A stretch of DNA of 64,000 bases from Alphaproteobacteria bacterium (GTDB taxonomy: Bacteria > Pseudomonadota > Alphaproteobacteria > MPNO01): the NCBI GenBank assembly GCA_965248835.1, contig CBDFLJ010000001.1, forward strand, positions 672,001-736,000, in the 5' to 3' direction. The notes beneath the pieces were generated by a model. It saw nothing but the letters and a program-made list of their open reading frames with translations, was not told the origin of the DNA and did not search any database. Shown piece by piece: positions 11,174-25,736 of this stretch. Made by a program: the position numbers and the translations under genes. Within the stretch, counting starts at the first letter, position 1; every line of letters starts with the position of its first letter.

Positions 11174-11650
11174 CTAACGGCCGGGCCGCGCATCCGAATC
11201 GGCCCGAATGGTTCGTTCGAGCCGACGAAGGGCGGCTCGCAGCCCCCGATCCTCGATCTCGACGATCGACGCCTGCGGCGGCGCCCGGTCCGGCCCCGCG
11301 CCGTCGGCGGGTGTGCCGTCTTCCTGGCGCCCAGGATGCGCCTCGACCGGGGCCTGGTGCAACGCCAGACCCTGCAGCGCCGCGTACCCGTAATAGGCGT
11401 TGAGGCGCTCGATCACCAGCGGCGCGATATGCTGAAGCTCGACCGCGAAAGGCCCGTCGACCTTGATGTGCAGGGTTCCGCGCGTCCGCTCCTTGCGTGG
11501 AAAGACGACCTTGAGCGGCACGGTCCTGCGGGCAAGCTCGGCACCGACGATAGATGGCCATTGGGTGACCAGCGCCGGCTCGCTGAAGCCGCGGCGCCAA
11601 AAGGCCTGGCGGACCATCTTCGAGACCATGGCGTTCAATGCGGCGGCCAA
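11174..11650 (-). CDS. DUF721/DciA family protein
   Basis: RRGF...QWPSIVG...ELQH...IERLNAYYGY; usual position between dsbA and mutY. Confidence 0.85.
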   Translation of the reverse strand: MAAALNAMVSKMVRQAFWRRGFSEPALVTQWPSIVGAELARRTVPLKVVFPRKERTRGTLHIKVDGPFAVELQHIAPLVIERLNAYYGYAALQGLALHQAPVEAHPGRQEDGTPADGAGPDRAPPQASIVEIEDRGLRAALRRLERTIRADSDARPGR

Positions 11651-11741
11651 CCCAGGCTCCGTCCTCGCCGTGCGGTTGACATGGTATTCTGGGGCCGCGC
11701 GCGAGACAACGAACCGGTGATTCGCCGATGGGAAGGGTTGG

Positions 11742-13957
<2,216 letters not shown>

Positions 13958-13989
13958 TTCATCCGGCCGGGTTTTCCCAGATATTGGGT

Positions 13990-14604
13990 TCAGTCCGGCC
14001 CTGACCGCAAGATCTTGCGGATCGGCGCGAAGGTCCGCCGGTGATGCGGAGTGATGCCCTGGCGGTCGAGCCCGTCTTTGTGCTCGGGCGTGCCGTAGCC
14101 GGCGTTGCGCTCCCAGCCGAAGCCGGGGTAGCGGGCGGCGAGCCGGGCCATGATCCGATCGCGGGTGACCTTGGCGACGATCGAAGCCGCGGCGATAGAC
14201 AGCGAGCGGGCATCGCCGCCGATGACGGGCTCGGCACGGCAGGCGAGCGCGGGCACCCGGTTGCCGTCGACCAGGGCGAGCGTGGGTGCAACGGGCAATG
14301 CCTCCACCGCGCGCGCCATCGCCTTGAAGGTCGCCTGGAGGATGTTGCGGCGCTCGATCTCGGCAACGCTCGCGGCACCGATCCCGATCGCGGCGTGGCG
14401 GCACAGCCCGTCGAAGAGCGCACGCCGCCTGGTGGCGCTCAATCGCTTGGAATCGTCGAGCCCGTCGGCGAGCGCGGCCGGCAGCCTGTCGGGGTCGAGC
14501 ACCACGGCGGCGGCGACCACCGGGCCCGCCCACGGGCCGCGGCCGGCCTCGTCGATACCGGCCACCACTCCGGAGCGGTCGCGCTCGATCGAGAAGTCAG
14601 GCAT
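13990..14604 (-). CDS. rnhB: ribonuclease HII
   Basis: GIDEAGRGPWAGPVVAAA, DDSK, LVDGN, SIAAASIVAKVTRD, HRRTF. Confidence 0.97.
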   Translation of the reverse strand: MPDFSIERDRSGVVAGIDEAGRGPWAGPVVAAAVVLDPDRLPAALADGLDDSKRLSATRRRALFDGLCRHAAIGIGAASVAEIERRNILQATFKAMARAVEALPVAPTLALVDGNRVPALACRAEPVIGGDARSLSIAAASIVAKVTRDRIMARLAARYPGFGWERNAGYGTPEHKDGLDRQGITPHHRRTFAPIRKILRSGPD

Positions 14605-14798
14605 CGGCGGGACCGGGGCCCGGCAGCCGCTCCGGACGGTCCTCGATCACGGTCCGGCGCGCGGTCCTGAACGGCGTGGCCAGCAGCGGCATCAGCGGCA
14701 CCGTGGCGAGATTGTCGGTTATGAACGCGCGATCGACCGGAAGAATACCATCACCGGGAGGCTCCGGGTCGGCCGCGCTGATTCGATGAGATCGCGCG

Positions 14799-15878
14799 TC
14801 AAAAAAGCGCCATCTGGTCGCCGCGACGCTGCGGCCTGCGGAACGAGGCGGTGTCGAGCCTGGGACGCTTCTCGCCGAAGCCGATCCGCTTGCAGGCGAG
14901 CTCGAAGCGTTTCTGAAGCAAGTCCGCAAACGGTCCGGTGCCGCGCATCCGCCGGCCGAAGGACGAGTCGTAGAGCTTGCCGCCGCGCGACTGCTTTATC
15001 AGGCTGAGCACTCGCGCGGCACGCGCGGGCCGGTGGGTCTGCAGCCACTCGGTAAACAGGTCGGCGATCTCCAGCGGCAGCCGCAGCAGGATGTAGGAAG
15101 CGAACCCGGCGCCTGCCTCACGGCCGGCAGCCAGGATCTCCTCCAACTCCGAATCCGTCAGACCCGGGATCATCGGGGCTGCCATCACTCCGGTCGGGAT
15201 CCCCGCCCCGCTCAACCGCCGCAGCGTCTCGACCCGGCGCATCGGCGTCGGCGCACGGGGCTCCAACGTCCGGGCGATCTCCCGGTCGAGTGTGGTCACC
15301 GACACGCAGACCTGAGCCAGACCGCGCGCGGCCATGCGCTCCAATATGTCGATGTCGCGCACCACGAGCGCCGACTTGGTGACGATGCTCACCGGGTGGT
15401 TGCAGGCATCGAGCACCTCGAGGATCGACCGGGTGATGCGATACTCCTTCTCGATCGGCTGGTAGGGATCGGTGTTGGTGCCCATCGCCATCACCGCGCA
15501 CGCGTATTTCGGATCGTGCAGCGCGTCTTCGAGCAGCCGCGCCGCATCGGGCTTGTAGAAGAGCCTGGTCTCGAAATCGAGCCCGGGGGACAGACCGAGG
15601 AAGGCATGGCTCGGCCGCGCGAAGCAGTAGATGCAACCGTGCTCGCAGCCGCGATAGGGGTTGATCGAGCGGTCGAACGGAACGTCGGGCGAGACGTTGC
15701 GCGCGATGATGCTGCGCGACCGGTCGACGCTCACCGTGGTGCGCAGAGGCGGCAGGTCTTCCTCGGCAAGCAGCCAGCCGTCGTCGACGGCCTCGCGCTG
15801 GTGCGCCTCGAACCGGCCGACCCGGTTGCTGACCGCGCCACGGCCTTTGCGGGCAAGCCCTGGCAGGGGCGTGTTCAT
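14799..15878 (-). CDS. PA0069 family radical SAM protein (spore photoproduct lyase-like, DNA-repair associated)
   Basis: GRGA, SINPYRGCEHGCIYCFARP (CxxxCxxC), NTDPYQP. Confidence 0.92.
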   Translation of the reverse strand: MNTPLPGLARKGRGAVSNRVGRFEAHQREAVDDGWLLAEEDLPPLRTTVSVDRSRSIIARNVSPDVPFDRSINPYRGCEHGCIYCFARPSHAFLGLSPGLDFETRLFYKPDAARLLEDALHDPKYACAVMAMGTNTDPYQPIEKEYRITRSILEVLDACNHPVSIVTKSALVVRDIDILERMAARGLAQVCVSVTTLDREIARTLEPRAPTPMRRVETLRRLSGAGIPTGVMAAPMIPGLTDSELEEILAAGREAGAGFASYILLRLPLEIADLFTEWLQTHRPARAARVLSLIKQSRGGKLYDSSFGRRMRGTGPFADLLQKRFELACKRIGFGEKRPRLDTASFRRPQRRGDQMALF

Positions 15879-15902
15879 GGCGTGAATATAGTCTTCTTTT
15901 TA

Positions 15903-15917
15903 GAACATATCAAGAAC
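15903..15917 (-). promoter_or_regulatory. alphaproteobacterial LexA (SOS) box
   Basis: GAAC-ATATCAA-GAAC (GTTC-N7-GTTC on minus strand), about 25 nt upstream of the radical SAM start. Confidence 0.85.
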
Positions 15918-16004
15918 AAAATGCCGTAGTCGGCGATCGAATTGGACAGCGGCCGGCGCGCGCGGCAGAAAGCCGAAGGACCGTTCGACCGAAAGGGCTG
16001 AGAA

Positions 16005-16682
16005 ATCCGGCTCAGCGTCATCATCCCGGCGCTCGATGCCGCCGCCACGCTCGCGGCAACGACCGGAGCGCTTGTCGACCCCTCGGGCGCGCCGGTCGAG
16101 GTAATCGTCGTCGACGGCGGCTCGGGCGATGACACCGCGGACGTGGCACGGCGCTGCGGCGCGCGCCTGATCGCCGCCCCGCCGGGCCGGGGCGGCCAGC
16201 TCCGCGCCGGCGCGCAAGCGGCCTCGGGCGATTGGCTGCTGTTCCTGCATGCCGATACGGTGCTTGATCCGGGATGGGCGGCGTGCGTGCGTGCGCATGT
16301 CGGTCGGGCCGATGCGCGCCGCCGCGCGGCGGTCTTCCGCTTCGCGCTGGACAGCGATGCGCCGGCCGCGCGCCGGCTGGAGGCGGTGGTCGCCTGGCGG
16401 ACCCGCCGGCTCGGCCTGCCGTACGGCGATCAGGGCCTGCTGATCTCGCGCGCGCTCTACGAGGAGATCGGCGGGTTCCGCCCGCTGGTGCTGATGGAAG
16501 ACGTCGACATCATCAGGCGCATCGGCCGGCGGCGGCTCGACCTGCTGGAGGCGCGCGCGGTGACCTCGGCGGTGCGCTACCGGCGGTCGGGGTATTTCCG
16601 GCGGCCGGCCCGCAACCTGTTCTGCCTGAGCCTCTACTTCCTGGGCCTGCCGCCGCGCCTGATCGCCGGGCTCTACCGGTGA
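16005..16682 (+). CDS. TIGR04283-type GT2 glycosyltransferase
   Basis: [44 protein letters not shown]; the conserved N-terminus begins at an ATC (16005), and the first canonical start is GTG 16143. Confidence 0.85.
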   Translation: MRLSVIIPALDAAATLAATTGALVDPSGAPVEVIVVDGGSGDDTADVARRCGARLIAAPPGRGGQLRAGAQAASGDWLLFLHADTVLDPGWAACVRAHVGRADARRRAAVFRFALDSDAPAARRLEAVVAWRTRRLGLPYGDQGLLISRALYEEIGGFRPLVLMEDVDIIRRIGRRRLDLLEARAVTSAVRYRRSGYFRRPARNLFCLSLYFLGLPPRLIAGLYR

Positions 16683-17284
16683 GCCGCCGCCGCGCCCCGG
16701 TGGTCTATGTCTTCGCCCGCGCGCCGGCCCTCGGCGCCGTCAAGACCCGTCTTGCCGCGGGCATCGGCGCGGTCCCGGCGCTCGCGTTCCACCGGCAGAG
16801 CACGCAGGCGCTGCTCCGCCGGATCGGCGCGGACCGGCGGTGGCGCACTGTGCTCGCACTCACGCCGCACACCGCGCTGCGCTCGCCCGGCCGATGGCCG
16901 GGCTCCCCGCCGTGCATCGACCAGGGCACCGGCGATCTGGGCCGGCGCATGGCCCGGGTGCTGGACGCCGACCGGAGGGTGCCGGCGCTGCTCATCGGCA
17001 GCGACATTCCCGACATCGCAACGGGGCACATCGCGCGCGCGTTCGCGGCCCTCGGCGAGGCCGATCTGGTGTTCGGGCCGGCGCGCGACGGCGGCTACTG
17101 GCTGGTCGGCCGGCGCCCGGGCGTGGCGCTTGGCGGGCTGTTCGAGAGCGTGCGCTGGTCGAGCCCGCACGCCTTGGCCGACACACAGGCCAACATCCCC
17201 TCCCACCGCAGGGCGGTGCTGCTCGAGATGCTGGAGGATATCGACGACGCGGCCGCTTACGCCCGGTGGCGCGCGCGGCGTTAG
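16679..17284 (+). CDS. TIGR04282/DUF2064 family glycosyltransferase-like protein
   Basis: [42 protein letters not shown]; GTGA overlap with upstream gene. Confidence 0.88.
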   Translation: MSRRRAPVVYVFARAPALGAVKTRLAAGIGAVPALAFHRQSTQALLRRIGADRRWRTVLALTPHTALRSPGRWPGSPPCIDQGTGDLGRRMARVLDADRRVPALLIGSDIPDIATGHIARAFAALGEADLVFGPARDGGYWLVGRRPGVALGGLFESVRWSSPHALADTQANIPSHRRAVLLEMLEDIDDAAAYARWRARR

Positions 17285-17303
17285 GGTATGCCGTGGACGC
17301 GCC

Positions 17304-17838
17304 CTAACCCCGTGGGGCCGCCAGATGCTCCTGCAGCCGCGGCATCAGCTCGACGAAGTTGCACGGCTTGTGGCGGATGTCGAGCTGTTGGACCAGGATC
17401 TCGTCCCAGGCATCCCGGCACGCGCCGGTCGAGCCTGGCAGGGCGAACAGGTAGGTGCCGCCGGCCACGCCCGCGGTCGCGCGCGACTGGATGGTCGAGG
17501 TGCCGATCTTGGCGAAGCTGACCATCCGGAAGGTCTCGCCGAAGCCGGCAATCTCCTTGTCGTAGACGGCATGGAACGCTTCGGGGGTGATGTCGCGGCC
17601 GGTAACCCCGGTCCCGCCGGTCGAGATCACCGCATCGATCTCGGGATCTGCGATCCAGGCCCGGAGTTGGGCTTCGATCGCCGCTTGGTCGTCGCGCACG
17701 ATGGTCTTGGCGCCCACCCGGTGGCCCGCCTTCTCGATCCGCTCGACAAGGACCGCGCCGGACCTGTCATCGGCCTCGGTCCTGGTATCGGAGACCGTCA
17801 GGACCGCGATATTGATCGGAGCGAAGGCGACCGACTCG

Positions 17839-17852
<14 letters not shown>
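17304..17852 (-). CDS. moaB: molybdenum cofactor biosynthesis protein B
   Basis: IAVLTVSDTR, TGGTGVTGRDITPEA, QSRA, LPGSTGAC, PCNFVE. Confidence 0.95.
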
Positions 17853-19695
<1,843 letters not shown>

Positions 19696-19743
19696 CGCGG
19701 TTCCTCTAGCGACCGTTAGCGCATCCTGTCATCGAGGAGCCCA

Positions 19744-20529
19744 TTACAGCGGCTCCACGGTCTCGTTCAGGCGCTTGCTGATAGCGAGGAGGTCTTGCCA
19801 GGCTTCCCGTTTCTGGCCCGGCTGCCGCAACAGATAGGCGGGATGCAGAACGGCGCACAGGGGAACCGGATCCGCCAGGCCGGGCACATTATGGCTGAAC
19901 CAGCGGCCGCGGAGCCGCATGATGCCGTCGCGCGTGTCGAGCAAGGCTTTCGCCGCAGTGCCGCCCACCGCGACGAGGATCCGCGGCCGGGCCAGCGCGA
20001 TATGCCTTTCCAGGAACGGCAAACACACCGCGATCTCCGAATCTGTCGGGTTGCGGTTGCCCGGCGGCCGCCACGGCAGGATGTTGGTGATGTAGGCTTG
20101 GCTGCGGTCCATCCCGATCGCGGCCAGCATGCGGTCCAGCAGCCGCCCGGCCGGTCCGACGAACGGAAGCCCGCGGCGGTCCTCCTCGGCGCCCGGCGCC
20201 TCGCCGATGAACATCAGCGGCGCGCCGGGTGCGCCGTCCGCGAAGACGAAATTGGTCGCCGTCTCCTTGAGCGGGCAGCCGTCGAAGGCCTGGAACGCCG
20301 CGCGAAGTTCCTCGATGCTGCCGGCCGCGTCTGCGGTCTGGCGTGCGCCCGCCGGCGCCCCTTGGCCGTTCGGCGAGGCCGGTTTGGCGGGCGCAGGCGG
20401 CCGGTCCGGAAGCGCGCGGCCCGACGCGGCCACGGCAAACCTGTCGACCGGCGCTATGGCGATCGCCTCGTCCGCACCGGCCTCCATCTGCCAAACAAGC
20501 AACGCTTTCAAACCTTCCCCGGCGGTCAT
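19744..20529 (-). CDS. uracil-DNA glycosylase, family 4
   Basis: [30 protein letters not shown]. Confidence 0.93.
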   Translation of the reverse strand: MTAGEGLKALLVWQMEAGADEAIAIAPVDRFAVAASGRALPDRPPAPAKPASPNGQGAPAGARQTADAAGSIEELRAAFQAFDGCPLKETATNFVFADGAPGAPLMFIGEAPGAEEDRRGLPFVGPAGRLLDRMLAAIGMDRSQAYITNILPWRPPGNRNPTDSEIAVCLPFLERHIALARPRILVAVGGTAAKALLDTRDGIMRLRGRWFSHNVPGLADPVPLCAVLHPAYLLRQPGQKREAWQDLLAISKRLNETVEPL

Positions 20530-20616
20530 GGGCCGAACCTAGCATGGCCGGCTACGCTACAAAACCTGTCATTCGATATGCTATAGCTCCGGCGGCGCGT
20601 GGATACGAGGTGGGCG

Positions 20617-22251
20617 GTGGAACGCGACTCCATGGCATTCGACGTCGTCGTGGTCGGTGCCGGCCCTGCCGGGCTGACGACGGCGATCCGTCTCAAGCAG
20701 CTTGCGGCCGAGCACGACCGGGAGATCGGCGTGTGCGTGCTCGAGAAGGGCTCCGAGGTCGGCGCCCACATCCTGTCCGGCGCCGTGCTCGAACCGCGCG
20801 CGCTGCTCGAGCTGTTCCCCGACGCGATCGACAAGGGCGCGCCCTTGCGCACGCCGGTCACCGAAGACCGGTTCGTCCTGCTGACCGGATCTATGTCCAT
20901 CCCGCTTCCGACCCCGCCGCAGATGCGCAATCACGGCAACTACATCATCAGCCTGGGCAATCTGTGCCGCTGGCTGGCCGCCGAAGCCGAGGCGCTGGGC
21001 GTGGAAATCTACCCGGGGTTCGCGGCCGCCGAGGTGCTCTACCACGAGGACGGACGGGTCAAGGGCGTGGCGACCGGGGACATGGGCATCGGCAGCGACG
21101 GGCAGCCCACCGCCAATCACCAGCCGGGCATGGAGCTGCACGCCACGCAGACGGTTTTCGCCGAGGGCTGCCGCGGCTCGCTCGGCAAGCAGCTCATGTC
21201 CCGTTTCGGGCTCCACAAGGCGGCCGATCCCCAGACCTACGCCATCGGGATCAAGGAGCTGTGGGAGGTCGATCCGGCCAAGCACCGGCCCGGCCGGGCC
21301 ACCCATACGATCGGCTGGCCGCTGGCCGGGGATACCTATGGCGGCTCCTTCCTCTACCATCTGGAGGACAATCAGGTCGCGGTCGGCTTTGTCATCGGGC
21401 TCGACTATCCGAACCCGCACCTGTCACCCTACGAGGAATTCCAGCGCTTCAAGTCCCACCCTTCGATCCGGCCCATTTTCGTGGGCGGTCGGCGGGTCGC
21501 CTACGGCGCGCGCGCGCTGAACGAAGGCGGTTTCCAGTCGATCCCCAAACTGGCTTTCCCCGGCGGCGTGCTGGTCGGCTGCGAGGCGGGGTTCATGAAC
21601 GTTCCCAAGATCAAGGGGACCCATACCGCGATGAAGAGCGGCATTCTGGCCGCCGAGGCGCTGTTCGAGGCGCTCGGTGCGGCAAGCCCGCCGGCCGAGG
21701 TCGATACCTACGAGGTGGCGCTGCGCGCAAGCTGGGTGTGGGACGAGCTCAAGGCGGTGCGCAACATCCGTCCGGCATTCCGGTTCGGGTTCTGGGCGGG
21801 GATCGCCTATTCGGCGATCGACACCTACCTGTTGCGCGGCCGCGCGCCCTGGACCATGGGCCATCGCAACGACCATGACAGCCTCAGGAAGGCAAAGGAC
21901 GCGCCGCGGATCGCCTACCCCAAGCCCGACGGCGAGGTGACGTTCGACCGGCTGTCATCGGTGTTCATCTCCAACACCAACCACGAGGAAAATCAGCCCG
22001 CGCACCTCAAGCTGACCGATCCCTCGCTGCCGGTCGCGGTCAACCTGGCCGAGTACGACGCGCCTGAACAGCGGTACTGCCCGGCCGGCGTATACGAGAT
22101 CGTCCGCGAGGACGACGGATCGTGCCCGCGCTTGCAGATCAACGCCCAGAACTGTGTCCACTGCAAGACCTGCGACATCAAGGATCCACGCCAGAACATA
22201 GAGTGGGTGGTGCCCGAGGGCGGCGGCGGGCCGAACTATCCGAATATGTAA
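20617..22251 (+). CDS. electron transfer flavoprotein-ubiquinone oxidoreductase
   Basis: GAGPAG FAD motif, [15 protein letters not shown]-terminal CPAGVYE / [13 protein letters not shown]; GTG at 20617 after GAGG (ORF opens at 20599). Confidence 0.96.
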   Translation: MERDSMAFDVVVVGAGPAGLTTAIRLKQLAAEHDREIGVCVLEKGSEVGAHILSGAVLEPRALLELFPDAIDKGAPLRTPVTEDRFVLLTGSMSIPLPTPPQMRNHGNYIISLGNLCRWLAAEAEALGVEIYPGFAAAEVLYHEDGRVKGVATGDMGIGSDGQPTANHQPGMELHATQTVFAEGCRGSLGKQLMSRFGLHKAADPQTYAIGIKELWEVDPAKHRPGRATHTIGWPLAGDTYGGSFLYHLEDNQVAVGFVIGLDYPNPHLSPYEEFQRFKSHPSIRPIFVGGRRVAYGARALNEGGFQSIPKLAFPGGVLVGCEAGFMNVPKIKGTHTAMKSGILAAEALFEALGAASPPAEVDTYEVALRASWVWDELKAVRNIRPAFRFGFWAGIAYSAIDTYLLRGRAPWTMGHRNDHDSLRKAKDAPRIAYPKPDGEVTFDRLSSVFISNTNHEENQPAHLKLTDPSLPVAVNLAEYDAPEQRYCPAGVYEIVREDDGSCPRLQINAQNCVHCKTCDIKDPRQNIEWVVPEGGGGPNYPNM

Positions 22252-22425
22252 GGGCGCTGGACCCGCCGGGCCGAACGAGTCATTTTTGACCGATGCGAGC
22301 CGATATATGCGCAAGCGCCTGGTGCGGCTTGGCTTCACGCCCCGGGGTCGCGCCCCGGGGATCGGTGGAGACGGATCGGGCGGGCGGGCGGGTCAGCGCC
22401 CCAACCGTCGGCCAGACGGACCGAG

Positions 22426-24243
22426 GTGTTTGAATTGACCTTCCTGCGGGACACCGGACCGCGGAAATGGCGGCGGCCGCTGGCCATCGGGACGGGCGTC
22501 GTGCTGACGGTCGGCGCCGCGGGCGTGCCGCTGATCTCCTGCGCCCAGGCGCCGGCGCCGGTGCAGCTCCAGACCGCGGCGGTGGACCAGCCGAATTCGG
22601 TCCCGATCAGGGTCGGCTACGAGGTCGGCGCCTCTCCGGTCGGCAACTACCTTGCCGGACGGTTCGCCCAGAAGAGCCGGGATTTCGCCACCGCGGCCCG
22701 GCTGTTGTCGAGCGTGCTCAGATCGGATCCGGGGAACCCGGACCTGCTCCGCCGGGCTTTCTTCGCCAATCTCGCCGGCGGCCAAGTCGCCGCCGCCCGC
22801 CGGCTGGCGCGGCGGATCAAGGCGTCCGGGGAAGCCTCGCCGCTGGCCGATCTGGTCCTTGTCGTCGGCAAGCTGCGCGAGGGCGCCTTCGACCAGGCCG
22901 AACGGATGCTCGGCGCGGTCGGCACCGGCGGGCTCAACGCCTTCATGGTTCCGCTGCTCTCGGCGTGGGCCCAGGCGGGCCAGGGCCGCTTCGACGACGC
23001 GCTGAGGACGCTGACCAAGGCGAAGGAGGGCACCGGCCTCGCGGTCATGGGCGATTTTCATGCCGCTCTGATTCTCGATCTCGCCGGACGCACCGACGAG
23101 GCGGAGAAGCGCTATCTCGCCGCCGTCAACGGTGCGCAGCAGCAGACGGTCCGGCTGGTCGAGGCCATCGGCTCGTTCTACGAGCGCACCGGCCGTCGGG
23201 GCGAAGCGGAGAAGCGCTACCGTGCCTTTATCGCCCAGCACAACGAGTCGCCCCTGCTCGCGCATGCGCTCAAGCGCCTCGCGGCGGGCGATGTGCCCGG
23301 GCACATCGTCGCTGACGCAAGACAAGGCGCCGCAGAGATCTTCTTCAACATCTCAGGGATGCCGCTCCGGGAGAATTCAATCGACATCGCGATGATCTAC
23401 GGCCGCTTGGCCCTCGACCTGCGGCCGCGTTTCCCGCTGGCCAGGGTTCTGGTCGGCCGGATGCTCGAAGCGATCGGCAGAGCCGAGGAAGCGATCGCGG
23501 TCTATGCCGGTGTTGACAAGGCCTCGCCGCTGTGGTGGTCGGCCCGGTTGCGGCGCGCCGGCGGGCTGGAGGTGCTGGGCCGCCAGGAAGAGGCCATCGC
23601 CCAGCTTCGTCAGATGGCCGCGGAGCGCAAGCAGCGCTCGGACGCGCTGACCACTCTCGGCAACATCCTGCGTGCGGCCAAGCGGTTCAAGGAAGCGGTG
23701 GTCGCTTATGATGCCGCGATCAAGCGGGTCGGGCCGTTGGAGCGGCGCCACTGGACGCTGCTCTATTCGCGCGGCATCGCCCTGGAGCGCTCCGACCGGT
23801 GGCAGCGCGCGGAGGCCGATCTCATCGCCGCGCTCAAGCTCAACCCCGACCAGCCCTACGTTCTCAACTATCTCGGCTATTCCTGGGTGGATCGGGGGAT
23901 CAAGCTGGGCCGTGCACGGCGGATGATCGAGCGCGCGGTCGAGCTGCGGCCCAATGACGGCTACATCGTCGATAGTCTGGGCTGGGCGCTCTACCGGATC
24001 AACGAGTTCGGCGGCGCGGTTACCCATCTGGAGCGCGCGGTCGAGCTGCGGCCCGAGGATCCGACGATCAACGATCATCTGGGCGATGCCTATTGGAGGG
24101 TCGGGCGCCACGTCGAGGCGCGGTTCCAATGGCGCCGCTCACTGAGCCTCGATCCCGAGCCGGAGCAGGTCGCCAAGATCCGGCAGAAAATCGAAGACGG
24201 CCTGACGGCGGCCGAGGCCGAGGCCGCCGAAAAAGCGCCCTGA
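22426..24243 (+). CDS. TPR repeat protein (conserved, upstream of ispE)
   Basis: C-terminal LNYLGYSW, GYIVDSLGW, DHLGDAYWRVGR..EARFQW. Confidence 0.9.
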   Translation: MFELTFLRDTGPRKWRRPLAIGTGVVLTVGAAGVPLISCAQAPAPVQLQTAAVDQPNSVPIRVGYEVGASPVGNYLAGRFAQKSRDFATAARLLSSVLRSDPGNPDLLRRAFFANLAGGQVAAARRLARRIKASGEASPLADLVLVVGKLREGAFDQAERMLGAVGTGGLNAFMVPLLSAWAQAGQGRFDDALRTLTKAKEGTGLAVMGDFHAALILDLAGRTDEAEKRYLAAVNGAQQQTVRLVEAIGSFYERTGRRGEAEKRYRAFIAQHNESPLLAHALKRLAAGDVPGHIVADARQGAAEIFFNISGMPLRENSIDIAMIYGRLALDLRPRFPLARVLVGRMLEAIGRAEEAIAVYAGVDKASPLWWSARLRRAGGLEVLGRQEEAIAQLRQMAAERKQRSDALTTLGNILRAAKRFKEAVVAYDAAIKRVGPLERRHWTLLYSRGIALERSDRWQRAEADLIAALKLNPDQPYVLNYLGYSWVDRGIKLGRARRMIERAVELRPNDGYIVDSLGWALYRINEFGGAVTHLERAVELRPEDPTINDHLGDAYWRVGRHVEARFQWRRSLSLDPEPEQVAKIRQKIEDGLTAAEAEAAEKAP

Positions 24244-24249
24244 AGCGCC

Positions 24250-25182
24250 GTGGTCGGAGCCGCAAGGCCGCCTGGTTACCGCGTCCAGGCCGCGGCAAAG
24301 GTAAACCTCACCCTCAACGTCGTCGGCCGTCGCGATGACGGCTATCACCTGATCAACGGGCTGGTCGTCTTCGCGGGCATCGGCGACGTGCTTGAGGTGG
24401 AACCGGCGGAACGCTTCGGGCTGGAGATCGATGGCCCGTTCGGCGAAGCGGTGGCCGCGGGCGGGGACAATCTGGTCGCGCGCGCCGCCCACGGTTTCGC
24501 CGCGCTTGCCGGCCGGGAACCGGCAGTACGGATCACGCTGCGCAAGAACCTGCCGGTGGCTGCCGGCATCGGCGGCGGGTCGGCCGATGCAGGGGCGACA
24601 TTACGGGCCTTGGCAGCGCTTTGGCAGCCCGCGCTCGACCGCTCGGACCTGGAAGAGCTGGCCCTGTCCCTGGGCGCGGATGTGCCGGTGTGCCTTCTCG
24701 CGCGGCCGGCCTACATGTCCGGCATCGGTGAGGTGATCGCCTGCGCGCCGGATTTGCCCGCAGCGCATCTGGTGTTGGTCAACCCGGGCGTGCAACTGTC
24801 GACGGCCACCGTCTTCGCCGGCACGGCGGGCCATTATTCCGCGCCGCGGCAGCGGCTTTCCGGGGCACCTGGCGATGCCGCCGCGCTGGCCGACTGGCTG
24901 CGGGCGGGCGGCAACGACCTGACCCGGGCCGCGTGCGTGCTGGAGCCGCGCATCGCGGTGGCGATCGCGCGGATCGCGGCCGCGCGGGGCTGCTTGCTGG
25001 AACGGATGTCGGGCAGCGGTCCGACCTGCTTCGGCCTGTTCGCCACCGCCGCCGCTGCGCGCCGGGCGGCCCTGGAGATCGCCGCGGAGAATGCCGCCTG
25101 GTGGGTGCGCGCGGCGCCGGTCCTCGCCGAGGCGCCACCGGTCCGCCGGCTCACCCCGGCCCGGCGCCGAAGGTCTCCGTGA
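24250..25182 (+). CDS. ispE: 4-diphosphocytidyl-2-C-methyl-D-erythritol kinase
   Basis: AKVNLTL, DGYH, KNLPVAAGIGGGSADA, LGADVP, MSGSG. Confidence 0.95.
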   Translation: MVGAARPPGYRVQAAAKVNLTLNVVGRRDDGYHLINGLVVFAGIGDVLEVEPAERFGLEIDGPFGEAVAAGGDNLVARAAHGFAALAGREPAVRITLRKNLPVAAGIGGGSADAGATLRALAALWQPALDRSDLEELALSLGADVPVCLLARPAYMSGIGEVIACAPDLPAAHLVLVNPGVQLSTATVFAGTAGHYSAPRQRLSGAPGDAAALADWLRAGGNDLTRAACVLEPRIAVAIARIAAARGCLLERMSGSGPTCFGLFATAAAARRAALEIAAENAAWWVRAAPVLAEAPPVRRLTPARRRRSP

Positions 25183-25231
25183 TCGCTGCTGCAAGCCGGG
25201 GCGTTGCCGTTCACCGCTTCGATGCCCGCGG

Positions 25232-25260
25232 TTGCGGGGGTGACCGATTGAACCTATGTT
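25232..25260 (+). promoter_or_regulatory. putative tRNA promoter
   Basis: TTGCGG-17 nt-TATGTT followed by GC-rich discriminator CCCGCCGGCC. Confidence 0.5.
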
Positions 25261-25270
25261 CCCGCCGGCC

Positions 25271-25322
25271 GGAGCATGTTCCATTCCGATGGAGCCGGTC
25301 CGGCTTGTCCGGGACATGCTCC
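25271..25322. repeat. imperfect inverted repeat in tRNA leader
   Basis: GGAGCATGTTCC ... GGGACATGCTCC, 12-bp stem with one G-U pair. Confidence 0.7.
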
Positions 25323-25328
25323 AGGCAT

Positions 25329-25402
25329 TGGGGCGTAGCCAAGTGGTAAGGCAACGGGTTTTGATCCCGTGATCCCAGGTTCGAATCCTGGCGCCCCAGC
25401 CA
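25329..25402 (+). tRNA. tRNA-Gln (anticodon TTG), CCA encoded
   Basis: Acceptor TGGGGCG/CGCCCCA, D-arm GCCAAGTGGTAAGGC, anticodon arm ACGGG-TTTTGAT-CCCGT, T-loop GGTTCGAATCC, 3' GCCA. Confidence 0.98.
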
Positions 25403-25428
25403 GGCGAGGCGGCGGACGGACGTGCGCG

Positions 25429-25653
25429 ATGCCCGAGACCCTCGATGCAACGGGGTTGAGATGCCCTCTGCCCGTGCTGCGTGCGCGCAAGGCGATCAGA
25501 GTGGTCGAGGCCGGCGGAACGCTGGTCGTGCTGGCGACCGACCCGGCGGCCGTCGACGACTTCCGCGCCTTCTGCGCGGAAGCCGGGCATGGCTTCGTCG
25601 AATGGTCGCGCAACGGCGAGGTCTTCCGCATCACCGTCCGCAAGGCGGGCTGA
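25429..25653 (+). CDS. TusA/SirA family sulfur carrier
   Basis: LDATGLRCPLP (CPxP), ATDP, DFRAFC; 74 aa. Confidence 0.92.
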   Translation: MPETLDATGLRCPLPVLRARKAIRVVEAGGTLVVLATDPAAVDDFRAFCAEAGHGFVEWSRNGEVFRITVRKAG

Positions 25654-25736
25654 CGGCGACCCCGTCGGGGACGCGTGGACGGCCCGTCTTTCGTCAGCAA
25701 TAATCGCGCGCAGCGGCGAGGATCGGAGGGACGACG

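Noticed and set aside
11650-11683. Possible frameshift at the DUF721 5' end (upstream out-of-frame ATG)
   Set aside because: The TTG at 11650 has a GGAG at suitable spacing and gives a normal-length protein
16005-17284. TIGR04283/TIGR04282 pair as an arsenosugar or selenium pathway
   Set aside because: No arsM, arsS or sel genes here; the adjacent radical SAM gene is PA0069-type and divergently transcribed
25329-25430. tRNA-Gln as integration site of a genomic island
   Set aside because: No integrase in the window and no duplicated tRNA 3' end noticed; downstream base composition looks host-like
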